NCBI GenBank assembly: GCA_051294375.1
Contig: CM119267.1
Coordinates: 25,059,783-25,123,782 of the forward strand
DNA length: 64,000 bases
Reading direction: 5' to 3'
From: Paraspadella gotoi
Lineage: Eukaryota > Animalia > Chaetognatha
Positions within the stretch are counted from its first letter, which is position 1, and every line of letters starts with the position of its first letter. The notes beneath the pieces were generated by a model. It was not told the DNA's origin and ran no database searches. It saw only the letters and a program-made list of their open reading frames with translations. Made by a program: the position numbers and the translations under genes. Positions 59,814 to 64,000 of the stretch are shown piece by piece.

Positions 59814-62800
59814 CTAGACGTTCAAGAGTCTTCCGTGACAACACTTGCAAGGATAGAAGTCTCCAGTGGCTATGGCGCCCGCCGCCGCCGCCGCCGCGAT
59901 ATTTCCATCACGCGTCATCTCTTGAAGTATTTCTTTAATTCTCGCCACGGCGAAATCCCTTCCGGTCACGCCCTCTTTTTCCGATCCGTCTCTTCGACTC
60001 TCATCGCCGTCCCTCGATTGACTGATCGATTCGTCGAGACAGCGACGATCCGATGGCGATTGACGATGTCGCTCTTTGAAATGGTGCTGCATCTCCCGCT
60101 GCTGCAGTTTCAACTGCGTGGGGGAGTGTTGGTTCTCAGTGTCATCCGGCAATCTGGTGTGGTTGCTTTCGTCGGCTAAACGGCGGTCGTTAAATCCAGA
60201 GGACTCGCCCTCTCTTTGTCGCGCCATGAACTCTACCAAATCATCCTGGATCTGCGAGGCGGAGAATCCGTTGGTCAAACCGTTGGTCAAACCGTTGATC
60301 ACCTCCGTCCATTCATTTACGTTAGCATCTGCATCGTTGGTCTTTCCGTTTGAAGAAGGTAATTGCGGCATTTCCGGGATTTGCTGCGACGCCATCAATC
60401 TTTGCAACTCGGCGACACGATCTTGCATGAACCGCTTCTCTCGAACGAGGGCCACGATCTGCGGAATAAAATTAAATTTTCAGCGAAAAGGTTTTTTCTT
60501 TTCGACAGTAGCAGGACTTAGCCGCAGTAGGATTGAGCAACACCAACAACATTAAGGCGCAACCAGCGTCACCTGCGAGTCCTTCTCCTCCGCCCGAGCT
60601 TTCATCGCCCCGCGCTGCTCGTGATAAAGAGAGATGTAGTCGCCGATGGTTTCGGTCTCGCCCTGCAGTTGCGCCACCACGTGTTCCAATCGTTGAGCCT
60701 CATCCTCCAAGTCCGCGTTTTGGCGCATCGCATCTTTTTAAGATTATTATTAGTACAATATTATTAAAACATTATATTATTTAAATAATCATAATGATAT
60801 CTTCTGCGTCGAACTCGCCTAAAAACCTCTTTGACAATTTCTCCATCGAATCCTTGACGTTCTCATACTTTTCTCGCCAAAAATGCGAGTTAGAATCGTC
60901 CTCGTTGATGGAGACGGATTGAACGCTGGCGTCGCAGGTGGAGAAAGCAGAGGTGTCGTCGGGGATGTCGCCAGCGTCAATGTCGGCACCAACGAGGACG
61001 TCGCGGTCGTTAACTGCGGCTGCAATATTATCCTCTGGATCCAAAGCTTCTGACTCTACGACATCGACCACGTTGGTAGATTTTTCCGCTTCGGCCGATT
61101 TCGTTGCTGGTAACAAATCCCACCGAGGCTCGTCGTCGTCTAACGACGACGACGACGACGACGACGACGAGCCATCCCAATTGGCGCCAATTTTCTTTAG
61201 GCTCGTCTCTTCTTCTCCCTCGATTCTTCCGCTCTCGTCCAAGAGAGACGCGTCGACGGTGGAGTCGGCCATCCTCCTCCTCATCGTCTCCAACTGAATC
61301 CTGAGCGTCTTGCATTTTTCCTCCGTGTCCTCGTAGCGATTCAAGAGGGCGTCTCGTTCAACGACCAGCGCCTCTAGTCGCTCTTCGTCGACGCGGCGCT
61401 CTTGCGGCGGCTCTGCGGCGGCTGCTTCAGTGGCGGCCCTCTCCATGGCAACCATTTGCGAACGCAATTCGGCGTTTTGGTTGCTAAGGGCGTTGACGTT
61501 TTCTTGAGCCCCTGACAGCTCCACCTACGTGAAATAGAAAACGGCGACCGGATAGAGATATAAAAAATACGATTCACTTATAACATTCTAACTTATAATT
61601 TAACAAACAACGTTAACAAAATTGATTGAACCCGGAATTCACGGTTGGTGAACGAGTACTTAGCTGTCCAAGCCAATGGGACGAGCTGAGGTTCATCAAT
61701 TTCCTTCTCTCCGCCACGCCCACCTGTAACGCCTCGAGGAGCCTCTGATTGACTCCGAAATGCATCGTCTTCTCCTCCTCTTGATTTCGTCTAATCGCCT
61801 CTCGATTCTTCTCCTCTTCCTCCTTTCGCCGCAACTCGGCAATGACGGCGTCCTTCTCGCGTGACCGCGTCTCCGTCTCCATGACGACGCGTTCCTTGGT
61901 CTCCAACTCGGCCGAAAGGCGACGGAGCGCCTCCTCGCGGGCGGAGAGAACGGAGGCCGACTCGGAGGAGGCGTGACGTTCGGTCTGGGGAATTCGAGTG
62001 GGGGGGGGGAGAATGTCAGTCATTCCTTTTACTTTTATATACAATTTCAACTTGATTCTTTTAGTCTTCCACCTGTAAAAGAGATTCTAGTCGACAAATC
62101 TCTTCGCTTTGTTTCACGAACGCCTCCTGCATCTCCACCAGTTGTGATTTCAGATCCTGTAACGAATTAAAGCCATGAATGAAAGTCACAACAAGCGGCC
62201 ACGCCCCCCTTTTTGAATTCTCTAGACGCACCTTGTTCTGTGCCAAGGCTCGACTCAACGCCATCTTGTCGTTCTCGACGGCGGCGAGGAGACGACGTCG
62301 ATCCTCCGCTTCCGCTTCGGCGCCGACTAGTCTCTCCTTCATTTGATCCACCTTTATAAAATATAGGTAATATAAACATTTATTGATTGATTTTACTTAT
62401 AAATTCAGTTTTAAAACGAAGACCTTAAACGATTCCTCTTCGAGCTGTCGACGAAGGTTCTCCTTCTCCTGCAACAACTCCAAGTTTTGGGTCTGCATCC
62501 TGTTGATCTCCTCCAAGTGGTCGTTGACGGCCTCGAGGTTAACTTTCTCTTCCATCTCAAGATTCGATTCCTTCATAGACCCTAAACTCGCCGCTAACTC
62601 AGCGCACTCGGCCATTCTGGAAAAAGAAAAAGACCCGGGAACTAATACTTAAAAAATAATAGTAAGATCTCATTCCTCTCTCGCTTCTTCTTTCTCTCTC
62701 TCATATTCTCTCTCTAATTCTCTCTCTCTCTCTGTAGAGATATGTCCCCCTTTTTCCCCCAATTTACTTGTTTACCTTTTGTTATTATCTGCCGATAGAT

Positions 62801-64000
62801 GTCTCTTTTCTTTTCTTTAGGAGATTTCACTCTTTTCTTTTCTTACCAGATGTTCTAGGCACATATATAGATACTTAGGACTTTTCCGCCCGTTACAAAA
62901 CTGTCTTTTTACGAGGCTTAGGACCCTTCACGTCACGTCACGTCACCCTTTCGATACCGTTTACAGACAGAGTCATTGTGGCCATAGAGCCCACCGTGAG
63001 ACCACACTCCGTGACTCGTGGATGCGCTTGTGGTCAGACTTTAGCTCCGTCATACACTTGTGGACGGACTTGTGGTCCATTCCATTTGACCACACTCGAG
63101 TGACGACAGCCTCGCCGACCAAGGACTCACGGCGTCGACTTACGGCGCGACCGAGCCCCCGACTTCCGTTACCACGGCGACCCGACATCTTCGACGCACG
63201 CGCAACGGCGTCAGACGCGGCCACGCCCACTTCCGGAGACGTCAGCGAGGGACGAGGACTACTTTCCTCCGTAGCGACCCGACAGCGGCGAAGCAGAGGC
63301 GACTTCGTGGACACACGGCAAGAGTTCATACACTCTCATTCTCTCTTTCTCATTCTCTCTCTCTCTCATATTCTCTCTCTCATATTCTCTCTCTCATATT
63401 CTCTCTCTCATATTCTCTCACTCTCTCTCTCTCTCTCAAAAACTTACTTTCGAGTCAACTCTTCCCTCGCCGCCGCCGTCGAGTCCTCCTCCTCCTTCAC
63501 TCTCGCCTCCAACTCGGCCGCTCGAGCCTTCGTCTGCCCCAAATGAGTTTGATATTGCGCGGCCAATGCGTCGCGTTCCGCCACCAGGTTTTGGAAGGAG
63601 ACAGTGTAATGTCGCAGTTGGGATTGCAGTTGCTGAATCTGAGAGGCAGAGAGAAAAAGATATAGTCAGCTAATGCAATACGGCTTACCCCACGACTCAC
63701 CTCGAAACTCTTCCTTTGATTCTCTTGGGCCAAAGCCTTGCTTTCCGCACTTGGCCGCGGCTCCGGCGTCTGTTGCTCCTCCTCCTCCTCCGACTGACGC
63801 TCTCGCTCCAGCGCCTGCTCCAACTTGAGCTCGAGTCGCTGACATTTGTTCTCACAGTCGGCGAGTCGCTCATCTCGTTCCTTTGACTCTTTCTCAGCGG
63901 AGACCAACTTCTCTTTGAGTTGGTTGTTGTGAAGATACAGATCGTCGTTGGCGGCGGTCGTGTCTTCCACGCGCGACTGGAGACGAGAGACGTCCTCGCG
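59814..64000 (-). CDS. GOLGA2: Golgin subfamily A member 2 (GM130), multi-exon, 5' part outside the window
   Basis: Coiled-coil exons; motifs ENDKMALSRALAQN..LKSQLVEMQEAFVK and LEHVVAQLQGETETIGDYISLYHEQR; C-terminus PCKCCHGRLLNV*. Confidence 0.88.
62733..63332. mobile_element. 600-bp solo LTR of a second family, in a GOLGA2 intron
   Basis: TGTA...TACA termini, flanked by CTCTC on both sides, GC-rich block interrupting a CT-rich microsatellite. Confidence 0.65.

Overview
Animal (invertebrate-like) nuclear DNA: GC/CpG-rich short exons, GT-AG introns, AT-rich repeat-laden intergenic DNA, one N-gap, and a stretch with long-read-type indel noise. Seven spliced genes can be reconstructed by hand: inositol-trisphosphate 3-kinase (-, runs off the left end), a divergent cysteine-less tetraspanin-like 4TM protein (-), a GliK-like gamma-glutamylcyclotransferase fused to a probable cytochrome-b5/MAPR-like domain (-), EPB41L4A (+), IWS1 (-), PYM1 (-) and GM130/GOLGA2 (-, runs off the right end). 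Non-coding DNA holds a young 741-bp TRIM with identical, highly structured TG..TA LTRs plus a solo LTR, a second solo LTR, at least two DINE-1/HINE-like rolling-circle families (nested), tRNA-derived SINEs, a TTAA Kolobok-like MITE nested in another MITE, and a Penelope-type minimal hammerhead ribozyme in sense orientation in an IWS1 intron. A ~7 kb tandem duplication next to the gap is probably an assembly artefact. All calls come from manual reading and recalled family motifs; no database search or folding program was run.
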